Below are positions 21,166-30,991 of a stretch of DNA of 60,511 bases, in pieces. The stretch's first letter is position 1, and each line of letters starts with the position of its first letter. A program made the position numbers and the translations under genes. Under the pieces are notes generated by a model. The model was not told the DNA's origin. It worked only from the letters and a program-made list of their open reading frames with translations, and did no database searches. This DNA comes from Candidatus Sumerlaeia bacterium (GTDB taxonomy: Bacteria > Sumerlaeota > Sumerlaeia > SLMS01 > JANRJK01). The stretch is from contig JANRJK010000018.1 in NCBI GenBank assembly GCA_033764015.1, positions 1 through 60,511 of the forward strand, in the 5' to 3' direction.

Positions 21166-23133
21166 ATGACACCTCGCCTGCCCGGGCTGTTCATCGCCGC
21201 CCTTCTCAGCGCCCTCCTGCTGCTGCTGGGGGGCTGCCGCGGCGACCGCGCGGGCGAGCGGGCCGCCCCGCCGGACGGAGTCACGGTCGCGGGCAGCGTC
21301 AAGGTCCCGGAGGGCGCCGACGCCTTCGGGGTGCAGGTCTTCGCGGAGGGCACCGGCTTCTCCGCCTTCACCGATTCCTCGGGCGGCTTCACGATCCGCA
21401 ACGTGCCGGTCGGCGCGTATGTGCTGCGCGCCATGCACGCGGATTACGACTCGGTCCAAGTCGCCAGTATCACCGTGGCGGAGGAGGACCTGCTCAAACC
21501 CCAGCCCGCTTTCACGTTGAAGCCCGTCGAGCTGAAGCCCCGCGAGGCGGCGGGCGCCACCGCCGCAGCACTCATCCCCGAGACGCCGGAGAACGCTTTC
21601 GGATCGCTGCGCGGGCGCGTGCTGCTCACCGGCTCCCCGGACGCGTCCGGCGTGGTGGTGTCGGTTTCCGGCACCGAGGTCCGCACCGTGACCGACGCGG
21701 CGGGGGGCTTCTTCCTCGCGCGGCTCGAGCCCGGCACGGCGCAATTGCTCTTCGAGCGCACGGGCTACCGACCGGCGAACCTGGTCCAGGAAGTGGTCGC
21801 CGGGAAGGAGTTGTCCCCCGCGCCCGTCACGCTGTCGCCGGAACTCGCGGGTGGCGCCACGCGCACCATCCTCGGGCGCGTGCAGCTCCAGCTCGCCGAC
21901 GGGACGCTCGGCGCGGACTACGCGTCGGTGCGGATCGCGGTCGAAGGCACCAGCTACGCGACGACGCCGGACTCGAACGGGTTCTTCCAGCTTTCCGGGC
22001 TGCCGGCGGGTTCGTACCGCGTCGCCGCGTCCGCGCCGGGCTACCTGCTCGAATCGCCCGCCTTCGCCAATGTGAACGACCTGCCGAGCGTCGAGGTCGC
22101 CTTGGCGCTGCTCGAGGAGGTCGGCGATGTGGGGCTTGAGACCGCCACCATCGAGGGCCGCGTGCTCATCGAAGGGGAGGGCCGCGCCCTCTCCGGCGTT
22201 TCCGTGCTGCTTTCCGGCACCTCCATCGTCGCCTTCACCGACCCGCGCGGCGAGTACCGCCTCGAGCGCGTGCCCCCCGGCGAGTACGACCTGGTCGCCA
22301 CGCTGAACGGCTTCCTCCCGGACCGCATCGAAGGGATCGGGATCGAGGGCTCCGGCGTGTACACGGCGGACGACCTGTACCTGGAGGAGGACGTCGAGCG
22401 TCCGGTGGTGGTCTTCACGTCGCCGGACGACGGCGCGCGCGATGTCGCCATCGAGCAGCCCACGGCGGTCACGATCCAGTTCTCGCAGCCCATGGACGCC
22501 GGCTCGGTGCGCGCGGCGCTGTCGATCACGCCGGAGGTTTCCTTCCGCTTCCAGGCGGGCGGCGGCGCGTCGACCCGCGAGGGTCTCAGCGTGGTGCAGC
22601 TCCTCCTCGACGGCTCCGGCGGCAAGCCCCTCGGGTTCCGCAAGCGCTACACGGTTTCGATCGCCGAGGGCGCCCGCGACCTGAAGGGCGTCGAGATGGC
22701 CGAGCCCTACGAGTTCTCCTTCACGACCGGCGGCGCCCGCGTGATCGACAGCTTCCCGGTCGACGGCGCCGAGGACGTGCTTCCGTTCTTCGACAGGCCG
22801 GTGCAGGTGGTCTTCAACGCGCCGGTGGACCGCACGTCGCTCGATATCGGCGACTTCAGCTTCCGTCCGGAGCCGGTCGCGCTGCCGAACCTGCGCTTCC
22901 GGAACGACCGCAACACGGGCTGGACGACGGTTTACCTGGACGGGCAGTGGGACTACGACACGGAGTACCGCGTGACGCTTCGCCGCGGGCGGACCATCAC
23001 CCGCGACCGCATCGAGAACTTGCCGTACACGTTCCGCTTCACCACGCCGGAGGCGATGGACGCGGACACCTACTTCGGGTTGAGCGAGGACGAACAGAAC
23101 CGGCGCGAGCAGGAGCGGGCGCGGCGGCGCTAG
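21166..23133 (+). CDS. lipoprotein with carboxypeptidase-regulatory-like repeats and Ig-like (Big_5) domains
   Basis: Lipobox LGGC; four repeats of the type V.V.GT....TD..G.F.L..L..G.Y; then P.VV.TSP.DGA.DV...FSQPMD; AGGAG RBS. Confidence 0.8.
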   Translation: MTPRLPGLFIAALLSALLLLLGGCRGDRAGERAAPPDGVTVAGSVKVPEGADAFGVQVFAEGTGFSAFTDSSGGFTIRNVPVGAYVLRAMHADYDSVQVASITVAEEDLLKPQPAFTLKPVELKPREAAGATAAALIPETPENAFGSLRGRVLLTGSPDASGVVVSVSGTEVRTVTDAAGGFFLARLEPGTAQLLFERTGYRPANLVQEVVAGKELSPAPVTLSPELAGGATRTILGRVQLQLADGTLGADYASVRIAVEGTSYATTPDSNGFFQLSGLPAGSYRVAASAPGYLLESPAFANVNDLPSVEVALALLEEVGDVGLETATIEGRVLIEGEGRALSGVSVLLSGTSIVAFTDPRGEYRLERVPPGEYDLVATLNGFLPDRIEGIGIEGSGVYTADDLYLEEDVERPVVVFTSPDDGARDVAIEQPTAVTIQFSQPMDAGSVRAALSITPEVSFRFQAGGGASTREGLSVVQLLLDGSGGKPLGFRKRYTVSIAEGARDLKGVEMAEPYEFSFTTGGARVIDSFPVDGAEDVLPFFDRPVQVVFNAPVDRTSLDIGDFSFRPEPVALPNLRFRNDRNTGWTTVYLDGQWDYDTEYRVTLRRGRTITRDRIENLPYTFRFTTPEAMDADTYFGLSEDEQNRREQERARRR

Positions 23134-23142
23134 GTCGAAGCG

Positions 23143-24168
23143 TCAGGCGGGACCCGCCAGCGCGTCCCGCACCCGCGGATCGATGAACGCGTAGCTCACG
23201 TCCACGAGCAGGTTCATGGCGATGAACACCAGCGTCATGAACATGATGACGCCCTGCACCGCGAGGATGTCGGCGCTCAGGATCGAGTCGACCAGGTACT
23301 TCCCCATCCCGGGCCACGCGAAGATCGTTTCGGTGATGACGGCGCCGCCGAGCAGCGCGGGGATCTCCAGACCGATAATCGTGACGATGGGGATCAGCGC
23401 GTTGCGCATCACGTGGAGCAGCTGGCGCGCCGGGCGCAGCCCCTTCGCCTGCGCGGTGCGGACGAAGTCCTGCCGCAGCACATCGAGCACCGAAGCCCGC
23501 GTCATCCGCGCCACGAGCGCGCTCGTCACCGCGGCGAGGGTGATCGCCGGCAGCGCCAAGTGCCGCATCACGTTGCCGAACACGTCCCACCGCCCCGCGA
23601 TGGCGGAGTCCACCAGCATAAGGCCGGTGCGCGTCGGCACCTCGCCGGAGAAGCGCAGCGCGTAGCGTTGCTGCAGCGGGAACCAACCGAGCTTCTCGGA
23701 GAAGTAGTAGGAGAGCATCAGCGCGAGCCAGAACACCGGCAGCGAGACCGCCGCGAGCGAGAAGCCCATGCAGGCGTAGTCGATCCAGGTGTCCTTCTTG
23801 AACGCCGCCACGATCCCGAAGAGCAGCCCGACGGTGGCGCTGACGAGCATCGCCGCCATGGTGAGCTCCAGCGTGGCGGGGAACCGCTGCCGGATCTCCT
23901 TCATCACCGGTTCGCGGGTGGCCATGGACCGCCCGAAGTCGCCGCGCGCGACCCCCCCGAGGAAGTCGAAGTAGCGGATGTGCGCGGGGCGGTTCAGGCC
24001 GAAGTCCTCGCGCATCTTTTGCACGAGCTCCTCGTTGGTGCTGCGCTCGCCGAGGAGCCGGCGCACCGGATCGAGCTTGCTGAAGTAGAAGATGCCGAAC
24101 ACGAGGAGCGAGCTGCCGATGACCATCGGCACGGCGAGCAGGAGGCGCTTGAGGATGAAGGCGGCCAC
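23143..24168 (-). CDS. peptide ABC transporter permease (DppB/OppB-like)
   Basis: GDFGRS, RFPATLEL, LALPAITL, ARMTRASVL, RTAQAKGL, RNALIP, GAVITETIFAWPGMG. Confidence 0.93.
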   Translation of the reverse strand: MAAFILKRLLLAVPMVIGSSLLVFGIFYFSKLDPVRRLLGERSTNEELVQKMREDFGLNRPAHIRYFDFLGGVARGDFGRSMATREPVMKEIRQRFPATLELTMAAMLVSATVGLLFGIVAAFKKDTWIDYACMGFSLAAVSLPVFWLALMLSYYFSEKLGWFPLQQRYALRFSGEVPTRTGLMLVDSAIAGRWDVFGNVMRHLALPAITLAAVTSALVARMTRASVLDVLRQDFVRTAQAKGLRPARQLLHVMRNALIPIVTIIGLEIPALLGGAVITETIFAWPGMGKYLVDSILSADILAVQGVIMFMTLVFIAMNLLVDVSYAFIDPRVRDALAGPA

Positions 24169-24174
24169 GGGGGA

Positions 24175-24957
24175 TTAGAGCTCGCGGCGGACGCGCTCGA
24201 TGTGCAGCGCGCGGCCCGTGGAGGGATCGACGCGGACAAGGACGCCGTGCAGGCGCACTCGGCGCGCCTCCGCGACGTCGAAGCGCGCCTGCCGCATGGT
24301 CAGCATCTTCTCGAGGATGATCTCCTTCTTCACGCCGATCACCGAGTCGTAGGGACCGGTCATCCCGAGGTCCGTGACGTAGGCGGTGCCGTTGTCCAAC
24401 AGCGTCTCGTCGGCGGTCGGGATGTGCGTGTGGGTGCCGACGACGGCGGTCGCGCGCCCGTCGAGGAACCAGCCCATGGCGACCTTCTCGCTCGTCGCCT
24501 CCGCGTGGAAGTCCACGATGATGATGGGCGTTTCGCGGGCCAGCTCGGAGACCTCGCGGTCGAGCGCGCGGAAGGGATCGTCGAAGTGCTCCATGAAGAC
24601 GCGCCCGCAGGCGTTCACGACCGCCACGGGAACACCGGAGGCGGAGGTGAAGACGCCGCTGCCGCGGCCCGGCGCGCCGGGGGGGAAGTTGAGCGGGCGG
24701 ATGATGCGCGGTTCGGAGTCGAGGTACTCGTCGGAGCCGCGCTGGTGGAAGATGTGGTTGCCGCCGGTGAGCGCGTCGGCGCCGGCCTCGAAGAGCTCGA
24801 CGCCGGTGGCCTCCGTGATGCCCTTGCCGTGCGCGGCGTTCTCGCAGTTGACGATGGTGAACTCCGCCTCCGTCTCGCGCTGCAGCTTGGGCAGGAGCTT
24901 CTTGATTGCGAGGCGCCCGGGGGAGCCGAAGACGTCGCCGATGATGAGGATGTTCAT
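24175..24957 (-). CDS. ymdB: YmdB-like metallophosphoesterase (TIGR00282)
   Basis: IGDVFG.PGR, NCENAAHG, TGGNH, DFHAEATSEK, GTHTH.PTAD, TDLGMTGP. Confidence 0.93.
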   Translation of the reverse strand: MNILIIGDVFGSPGRLAIKKLLPKLQRETEAEFTIVNCENAAHGKGITEATGVELFEAGADALTGGNHIFHQRGSDEYLDSEPRIIRPLNFPPGAPGRGSGVFTSASGVPVAVVNACGRVFMEHFDDPFRALDREVSELARETPIIIVDFHAEATSEKVAMGWFLDGRATAVVGTHTHIPTADETLLDNGTAYVTDLGMTGPYDSVIGVKKEIILEKMLTMRQARFDVAEARRVRLHGVLVRVDPSTGRALHIERVRREL

Positions 24958-25009
24958 GGGCGCGAATCCTTGGCCGGGCCGGGCGCGGGCGCACCCGGAA
25001 AGTGCGGCC

Positions 25010-25942
25010 TCACGGCTGCGCCTTGTACCATTCCCAGGTGGCGCGGAGCCCGTCCTCCAGGGTCGTCCGGGCGGTGAAGCCGAAGCGTTCGCGGGCGCGG
25101 CTGGTGTCGAGCATGCGCCTCGGCTGGCCGTCGGGCTTCGAGGCGTCCCAGCGGAAGCTGCCCCGGAATCCCGTCACGCGGGCGACCAGCTCCGCCAGCT
25201 CGCGGATGGAGATCTCCGCGCCGACGCCGATGTTGACGGGCTCGGCGCCGTCGTAGCGCTCCGCGGCGAGGACGACAGCCTCCGCCGCGTCGGCGACGTA
25301 GAGGAACTCGCGCGTGGCGCGCCCGGTGCCCCAGACCTCGATCTCTCCGCGGCCGTCCCGAAGCGCCTCGCGGCACTTGCGCAGCAGCGCGGGGACCACA
25401 TGGCAGTTCGCGAGGTCGAAGTGGTCGCCGGGCCCGTACATGTTCACCGGCAGGAGGTAGATGCCATTGAGCCCGTACTGCTCGCGGTACGCCTGCAGCA
25501 TCACGAGGTGCATCTTCTTCGCGAGGCCGTAGGGCGCGTTCGTCTCCTCCGGGTAGCCGTCCCACAGCTCCTCCTCGCGGAAGGGCACCGGGGTGAACTT
25601 CGGGTAGGAGCAGATCGTGCCGACGGCGACGAACTTTTCGATGCCGGCGCGGCGTGCGCCCTCGATCAGGTGGATGCCCATCAGGGCGTTGTCGTGGAAG
25701 AAGCGTCCCGGATTGGCGCGGTTGGCACCGATGCCGCCGACGACGGCGGCGAGGTGGATCACCACTTCGGGGCGCACCTCCTCGAAGAGGCGCGCCGCAG
25801 CGCTCGCATCGGTCAGGTCGTACCGGGCGGAGCGCGGAACGAACACTCTGGCGCAGCCGCGCGCCGCGAGCCGCTCGGCGACCCGCGCGCCAAGGAAACC
25901 CGCGCCTCCGGTGAGGAGGATCCGCTTGCCGGAGAGGTCCAC
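25010..25942 (-). CDS. fcl: GDP-L-fucose synthase
   Basis: [53 protein letters not shown]. Confidence 0.93.
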   Translation of the reverse strand: MDLSGKRILLTGGAGFLGARVAERLAARGCARVFVPRSARYDLTDASAAARLFEEVRPEVVIHLAAVVGGIGANRANPGRFFHDNALMGIHLIEGARRAGIEKFVAVGTICSYPKFTPVPFREEELWDGYPEETNAPYGLAKKMHLVMLQAYREQYGLNGIYLLPVNMYGPGDHFDLANCHVVPALLRKCREALRDGRGEIEVWGTGRATREFLYVADAAEAVVLAAERYDGAEPVNIGVGAEISIRELAELVARVTGFRGSFRWDASKPDGQPRRMLDTSRARERFGFTARTTLEDGLRATWEWYKAQP

Positions 25943-25970
25943 GCGGGCGGCCCGGCGGCGCGGATCCGCG

Positions 25971-27449
25971 TCAGGCGGAGCCGGAGAGGATCGCGGGCTC
26001 GCGGGCGGTGTCCGCCGCCAGCGCGCGTTCGAACGCCGCGGCGGCGCCGAGCAGCGCCTCCTCCGCGAAGGGCTTCGCCTGGAGCTGGAGCCCGATCGGA
26101 AGGCCGCTCGAGGAGAACCCGCAGGGCAGCGAAACGCCGCACGCTCCCGCGAGGTTCAGCGAGATCGTGAAGATGTCGCAGAGGTACATCTGCAGCGGAT
26201 CGGAGGTCTTCGATCCCATGCGGAACGCCGGCGTGGGGCTGGTCGGCCCGAGGATCACGTCGCACTGGTCGAAGGCGGCCTCGAAGTCGCGCTTGATGAG
26301 CGTGCGCACCTTCAGCGCCTTCAGGTAGTATGCGTCGAAGTAGCCCGCGGAAAGGGCGTAGGTGCCCATCATGATGCGGCGGCGCACCTCGCGCCCGAAG
26401 CCGTCCGCGCGCGTGCGGCTGAACATGTCCACCACATTGCGCGCGTCCTGGTTGCGGTAGCCGTACTGCACGCCGTCGTAGCGCGCGAGGTTGCTCGATG
26501 CCTCCGCCGTCGCCACGAGGTAGTAGCAGGCGACCGCGTACGGCGAGTGCGGCAGCGACACGTCGACGATTTCGGCGCCGCCTGCGCGGGCCAGTTCGAG
26601 CGCCCGGAGCACCGCGTCGCGCACCTCGGGGTCGAGCCCCTCCTCGGGGAAGTACTCGCGCGGCTTGCCGATGCGGACGCCCTTGAAGGAGCCCTTCTCC
26701 ACGGCCGCCTCGAGGTCGGGCACCGCGCGCGGGGCGCTGGTCGAGTCCATCCGGTCCTGCCCGGCGACGAGCTGCAGCAGCGACGCCGCGTCGCGCACGT
26801 CGCGCGTCATCGGCCCGATCTGGTCGAGCGAGGAGGCGAAGGCGACAAGCCCGTAGCGCGACACCATGCCGTAGGTCGGCTTCACGCCGACGATCCCGCA
26901 GAGCGCGGCGGGCTGGCGGATCGAGCCGCCCGTGTCGGAGCCGAGCGCCCAGGGCGCCTCGCCCGCGGCGACCGCGACCGCGGAGCCGCCGGAGCTGCCG
27001 CCGGGCACGCACTCCGGGTCCCACGGGTTGCGGCTTTCGCCGAACGCCGAGTTCTCCGTCGAGCTGCCCATGGCGAACTCGTCCATGTTCGTTTTGCCGA
27101 GCGTGACGAGGCCCGCCGCGGCGAGGCGGTCCACGACGGTGGCGTTGTAGGGGGGGATGAAGTTCTCGAGGATCCGGCTGGAGCAGGTGGTGCGGACGCC
27201 GCGCGTGCAGATGTTGTCCTTCACGGCCACGGGCACGCCGTCGAAGGCGGAGAGCTTGCGCCCCGCCCGGCGGCGCGCGTCGGAGGCGTCCGCCTGCGCG
27301 AGCGCCGACTCCTCCAGCACGCTGACGAACGCGTGGAGCCGCGGCTCGAGCCGGCGGATGCGGCCGAGGTGCTCCTCGACAAGCTCGCGGGATGAGGCCT
27401 GCTTCTCGGCCAGCAGTCGGGCCAGTTCGTGCGCGGTCCGGATCGCCAT
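25971..27449 (-). CDS. gatA: Asp/Glu-tRNA amidotransferase subunit A
   Basis: [49 protein letters not shown]. Confidence 0.97.
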   Translation of the reverse strand: MAIRTAHELARLLAEKQASSRELVEEHLGRIRRLEPRLHAFVSVLEESALAQADASDARRRAGRKLSAFDGVPVAVKDNICTRGVRTTCSSRILENFIPPYNATVVDRLAAAGLVTLGKTNMDEFAMGSSTENSAFGESRNPWDPECVPGGSSGGSAVAVAAGEAPWALGSDTGGSIRQPAALCGIVGVKPTYGMVSRYGLVAFASSLDQIGPMTRDVRDAASLLQLVAGQDRMDSTSAPRAVPDLEAAVEKGSFKGVRIGKPREYFPEEGLDPEVRDAVLRALELARAGGAEIVDVSLPHSPYAVACYYLVATAEASSNLARYDGVQYGYRNQDARNVVDMFSRTRADGFGREVRRRIMMGTYALSAGYFDAYYLKALKVRTLIKRDFEAAFDQCDVILGPTSPTPAFRMGSKTSDPLQMYLCDIFTISLNLAGACGVSLPCGFSSSGLPIGLQLQAKPFAEEALLGAAAAFERALAADTAREPAILSGSA

Positions 27450-27495
27450 GGGTGGTTCCAGGGAAACGTGGGATTGGACGCGCGGGGGGCGCGCG

Positions 27496-27780
27496 TCAGA
27501 TGATCTGGGGGACCTTGAAGCAGTTCGCCGCCTGGCGCGGCGCGTTGGCGAGCGCCTCCCCGGGGGAAAGGCTCGGACGCACCTCGTCCGCGCGGAAGAC
27601 GTTGCTCATCGGCAGAGCGTGGGTGGTCGGCGGCACGCCCTCCGTGTCGAGCCCGTTCAACTGCTCGATGAACGCGAAGATCTTCGAGAGCTCCTCGGCG
27701 TTGCGCTCGATGTCGGCGTCGCCGAGTTCGAGGCGCGAAAGGAGCGCCACATGGCGCACGTCCTGGGGCGTGAGCGCCAT
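27496..27780 (-). CDS. gatC: Asp/Glu-tRNA amidotransferase subunit C
   Basis: [17 protein letters not shown]...DTEGVPPT...NVFRADE...ALANAP...FKVPQII; adjacent to gatA. Confidence 0.95.
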   Translation of the reverse strand: MALTPQDVRHVALLSRLELGDADIERNAEELSKIFAFIEQLNGLDTEGVPPTTHALPMSNVFRADEVRPSLSPGEALANAPRQAANCFKVPQII

Positions 27781-27784
27781 GGGC

Positions 27785-27994
27785 TCAGGCCTCGCCGTCG
27801 TCTTCGATGGTATCGCGGACGAGGCGGGCGAACTTGAGCGCCAGCTTCTTTTCGCCCTCTTCCTGGAAGCGGACGATAGCCTTGCTGTTGTCGTCGTCGC
27901 CGATGCGGAGGAGCACCTTGCCAAGCCCGAACTTCGGGTGGCGGACCTGCACGTTGTTCTGGATCTCGGGATACATCGACTTCTTGTCTGCCAT
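27785..27994 (-). CDS. stand-alone PcrA/UvrD C-terminal Tudor-like domain protein (69 aa)
   Basis: VRHPKFGLGKV...KAIVRF.EEGEKKLALKFARL matches the UvrD/PcrA CTD pattern. Confidence 0.75.
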   Translation of the reverse strand: MADKKSMYPEIQNNVQVRHPKFGLGKVLLRIGDDDNSKAIVRFQEEGEKKLALKFARLVRDTIEDDGEA

Positions 27995-28022
27995 GGTGGT
28001 GGGGGCGTTTCTTCGGGGGTTC

Positions 28023-28526
28023 TCAGCGGGCGGCCGCGGGCTTTCCGCCCCGCCGCATCGCGTCAATCAAGCTGGTTGTGGAAAAGCCGGGCAAGAGCGG
28101 AACGGCGACAACCTTTCCGCCCCAGCCGAACACCTTCTCGTGGCCGACGATCTGGTCGATGCGGTAGTGCCCGCCCTTTACCAGCACATCGGGGCGGAGC
28201 AGTTCCAGAAGCGCCTCGGGCGTGTCCTCGTCGAAGGGCGTCGCCGCGTCCACGCAGTCGAAGCTGGCGAGGATGCGGAGCCGCTGGTCGAGCGGCAGGA
28301 TGGGGCGCTCGGGCCCCTTGAGGCGGCGAACGCTTTCGTCGGTGTTGGTCGCGACGACGAGCGCTTGGCCAAGCGCCCTCGCCTGCCGCAGCGAATCGAG
28401 GTGGCCGGGGTGGAAGAGGTCGAAGACGCCGTTGGTGAAGACGACGCGCTTGCCTTCGGCCCGCCACCGCCCGCGCAGCTCCGCGAGCGCCGGACGGTCG
28501 TGGAAGATCTTGTGCTGCGTGCTCAT
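28023..28526 (-). CDS. RfaE domain II-like (ADP-heptose) adenylyl/cytidylyltransferase
   Basis: VFTNGVFDLFHPGH, NTDESVRRLKG..RP, FDEDTP, VKGGHY, STTSLI. Confidence 0.9.
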   Translation of the reverse strand: MSTQHKIFHDRPALAELRGRWRAEGKRVVFTNGVFDLFHPGHLDSLRQARALGQALVVATNTDESVRRLKGPERPILPLDQRLRILASFDCVDAATPFDEDTPEALLELLRPDVLVKGGHYRIDQIVGHEKVFGWGGKVVAVPLLPGFSTTSLIDAMRRGGKPAAAR

Positions 28527-29176
28527 TCGTCCTCGTCGACGACCGCGGCCTTCTTGTCGCGCAGGAGCGGCTGCCGCGGGCGCGAACCCTTGGCGCCACG
28601 CGCCGCGTCGGGGCGGGGGCGGCGCTCGCGGCGCGACTCGGCGCGGCCCTTGCGGAAGCCGCGGACCACCAGTTCCAGATTGTCGCCGCAGGGCTTCCCG
28701 GTCAGGCGCTTCACCACCGCGTCGGCGCGCTGGCGCACTTCGTCCTGCAACGTCTCCAGATCCGCATCCTCCTCGACCATCAGCCGCAGCGTCACCTTCG
28801 GCGAGCCGTCCGACGCGCGGTCGATGAGCGGCTCGACGGATTCGAGGCCGTCCACCTTGCCCTCGAGCTGGCGGCGGAGCGGCGCCTCGAAGGCCTCGGG
28901 GCGCACGGTCACGCGCAAGCCGGCGCGCTGCACGCGGATGCCCTGGCCCAGGCCCGCTTCGAGGAGCGCGAGCGACGCCACGCCGAGCGGCAGCAGCACC
29001 GCCGCCGAGCCGATCGCGATGCGGCCTTCGAGCGGCAGCGAGCGCAGCAGGGTGTAGCCCGTCAGGTTCGGGAAGACCGGTTCGAGAATCGCCGCGTCGA
29101 GCAGCCAATCAAGCCCGAGCACGAAGAGGATGACGAAGGAGAACGTCGAAAGGGTGACTCGGGCGAAACGGATCAA
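28523..29176 (-). CDS. AmaP-like membrane anchor protein
   Basis: Two N-terminal TM helices plus an Asp23-like cytoplasmic alpha/beta region; lies in the Asp23 cluster. Confidence 0.55.
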   Translation of the reverse strand: MIRFARVTLSTFSFVILFVLGLDWLLDAAILEPVFPNLTGYTLLRSLPLEGRIAIGSAAVLLPLGVASLALLEAGLGQGIRVQRAGLRVTVRPEAFEAPLRRQLEGKVDGLESVEPLIDRASDGSPKVTLRLMVEEDADLETLQDEVRQRADAVVKRLTGKPCGDNLELVVRGFRKGRAESRRERRPRPDAARGAKGSRPRQPLLRDKKAAVVDEDE

Positions 29177-29179
29177 GGG

Positions 29180-29500
29180 TCAGTGGGCCTGGTAGGTTTT
29201 CGTCTTGGGGGGCGGTTTCCGCGGATACCTGCCCGTGACACACACCTCGATATGGCTGATCGGCGTTTCGGGCAAGCGTTGAAGCAGTTCGTGCACCCGG
29301 GCGAGGAACCGGTTGCAGGCGTCGTCCGCCTCGGTTTCGAGGGCGACCAGGAGCCGCACCTGCATCGCGATGGCACCGCTCTCGTCGCGGTAGACGATCG
29401 GTTCCAGCCGCTTCTCCATCGCGACATCCGGCGTGTCGGCGCACAGGTAGCGCACCAGGCGCTCGAAGCGTCCCAAATCCCCCGGAGCCGCGGATGCCAT
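29180..29500 (-). CDS. hypothetical protein (possibly degenerate Asp23-like)
   Basis: Tightly packed between asp23 and amaP-like genes; ends ...ISHIEVCVTG. Confidence 0.6.
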   Translation of the reverse strand: MASAAPGDLGRFERLVRYLCADTPDVAMEKRLEPIVYRDESGAIAMQVRLLVALETEADDACNRFLARVHELLQRLPETPISHIEVCVTGRYPRKPPPKTKTYQAH

Positions 29501-29505
29501 GGCGG

Positions 29506-29916
29506 TCAGTCCTCCCCGTCCGCCTTGTCGTACAGGCCGACGATCACCACGTTCACGGAGTCCACGGGACGTCCGGTCATCCCCTCGACGACATCCTTCA
29601 CATGCTTCTGGAGGTCGTGGGAGATCTCGGCCATGGAGGAGCGGTAGGCCATCTGGACCTGGAGGGTGATCGCGACGCGGTCCTCCTCGATGTTGTCCAC
29701 GCGGATCACCTCGTCGCCGAGGCCGAGGCGCTTCATCACGCCGGCGCTGCTGGCGAGGCGCACCTCGTCCACCTCCTGCGCGGCGCGCTCGGCGATCTTC
29801 GCGATGACGCCGTTCGCGATCTGGATCGAGCCGAGCTGGGTCTCGTCGCGGACCTGCATCTCGTAGTCGTTCTCCGCGCCGGTCGGAAGGGCGGGTGCGC
29901 CGTGCTTTTCGGCCAT
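29506..29916 (-). CDS. Asp23/Gls24 family envelope stress protein
   Basis: LGSIQIANGVIAKIA..AA.EVD...LQKHVKDVVEGMTGRPVDSVNVVI; AAGGAG RBS. Confidence 0.88.
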   Translation of the reverse strand: MAEKHGAPALPTGAENDYEMQVRDETQLGSIQIANGVIAKIAERAAQEVDEVRLASSAGVMKRLGLGDEVIRVDNIEEDRVAITLQVQMAYRSSMAEISHDLQKHVKDVVEGMTGRPVDSVNVVIVGLYDKADGED

Positions 29917-30004
29917 CTCTTTCTCTCCTTCTGAATGAAGAGGCTAGGACGCTGCTGCCATCATGTCCAACAGATTCGTAAGGGGTTCCACCGAGCGCCC
30001 GGGG

Positions 30005-30841
30005 TCAGGGCTCGTCGAGCCGGAGCGTGAGGCACTTGGCCGCCCCGCCTGCCAGCAGGAACTCCGTCAGCGGCGTGATGACCGGTTCGAGCCCCCAAGA
30101 GCGGAGCCGCGCCTGGAGCGCGTCCCCGGCCTTGTTGAGCAGCACCGCCGAGCCGGTGTCCACCGCGTTGCATGCGAAGCCGAGCGCGTCCTCCTCCTCG
30201 ACCGCGAAGCGCTTCTCCGGCGCGTAGTAGGACTCGAGCCGCGCGCGCGATTCGTCGTCGAACCCGCCGGGGAAGTAGAGCGCGTTGCCGCCGGTGAGCG
30301 GGCAGAAGCAGGTGTCGAGGTGGTAGAAACGCGGGTCGACGAGCCGCAGCGGGTGGACTTCGAGGTCCATCGCCTCGCCGATCGGCGCGGCGGCCTCCGC
30401 TTGGGTGCGGATGCCGTGGCCCATGAAGAGCGTCGCGTCGCGCCCACGGTCCAGCAGCGCGTCGCCGGCGCCCTCGAAGAACACGTCCGAAGGGATGGTC
30501 GGCACGTCGTAGCCGTTGCGCTGGAACCACTCCTTGAAGTGGGGCTCCTCGGGGCGGCGCTCCTTGGGGCGGAACTGCGCGATGATCGCCGCCTTCTTGT
30601 AAACCAGCGCGGCGTTCGCGACGAAGCAGTAGTCCGGCAGCGGCGGCAACGGCTCCGCCATCACGACGTTCGCCCGCGCCGCTAGCGCGTCTCGGAACGC
30701 CTCCCATTGCGCCATCGCCTTGTCGGTCTTCGCGCTGTGGAAGTTCTTCTCCATCCACGGATTGATGATGTAGTCGATCACGTAGTGTTCGGGCGAGCAG
30801 AGGAGGAACGTGTGCCGGATGGCCTGGCCGGTTGCGGACAT
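30005..30841 (-). CDS. amidinotransferase / dimethylarginine dimethylaminohydrolase family
   Basis: Y.INPWM, LPDYCFVANA, FEGAGD, FYHLDTCF, FACNAV, GGAAKCLTL. Confidence 0.92.
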   Translation of the reverse strand: MSATGQAIRHTFLLCSPEHYVIDYIINPWMEKNFHSAKTDKAMAQWEAFRDALAARANVVMAEPLPPLPDYCFVANAALVYKKAAIIAQFRPKERRPEEPHFKEWFQRNGYDVPTIPSDVFFEGAGDALLDRGRDATLFMGHGIRTQAEAAAPIGEAMDLEVHPLRLVDPRFYHLDTCFCPLTGGNALYFPGGFDDESRARLESYYAPEKRFAVEEEDALGFACNAVDTGSAVLLNKAGDALQARLRSWGLEPVITPLTEFLLAGGAAKCLTLRLDEP

Positions 30842-30991
30842 GTTGATCGTGGATTCCTGTCCCGGGGCGCCGCGGGGCGCCTGGTTCGTCTGGTAGGTCG
30901 ATGGGAACACCTCGGCGACGACCGGACCGGGACGCAACGATTCTTGCCGTCGCTGGTTGCCCGGCGGGCCGGGGTGTTGCGGAGTCGGCGC

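Noticed and set aside
30842..30991. Guanidine riboswitch upstream of the amidinotransferase
   Set aside because: No paired ACGR-loop hairpins or ykkC-I/III consensus recognisable.
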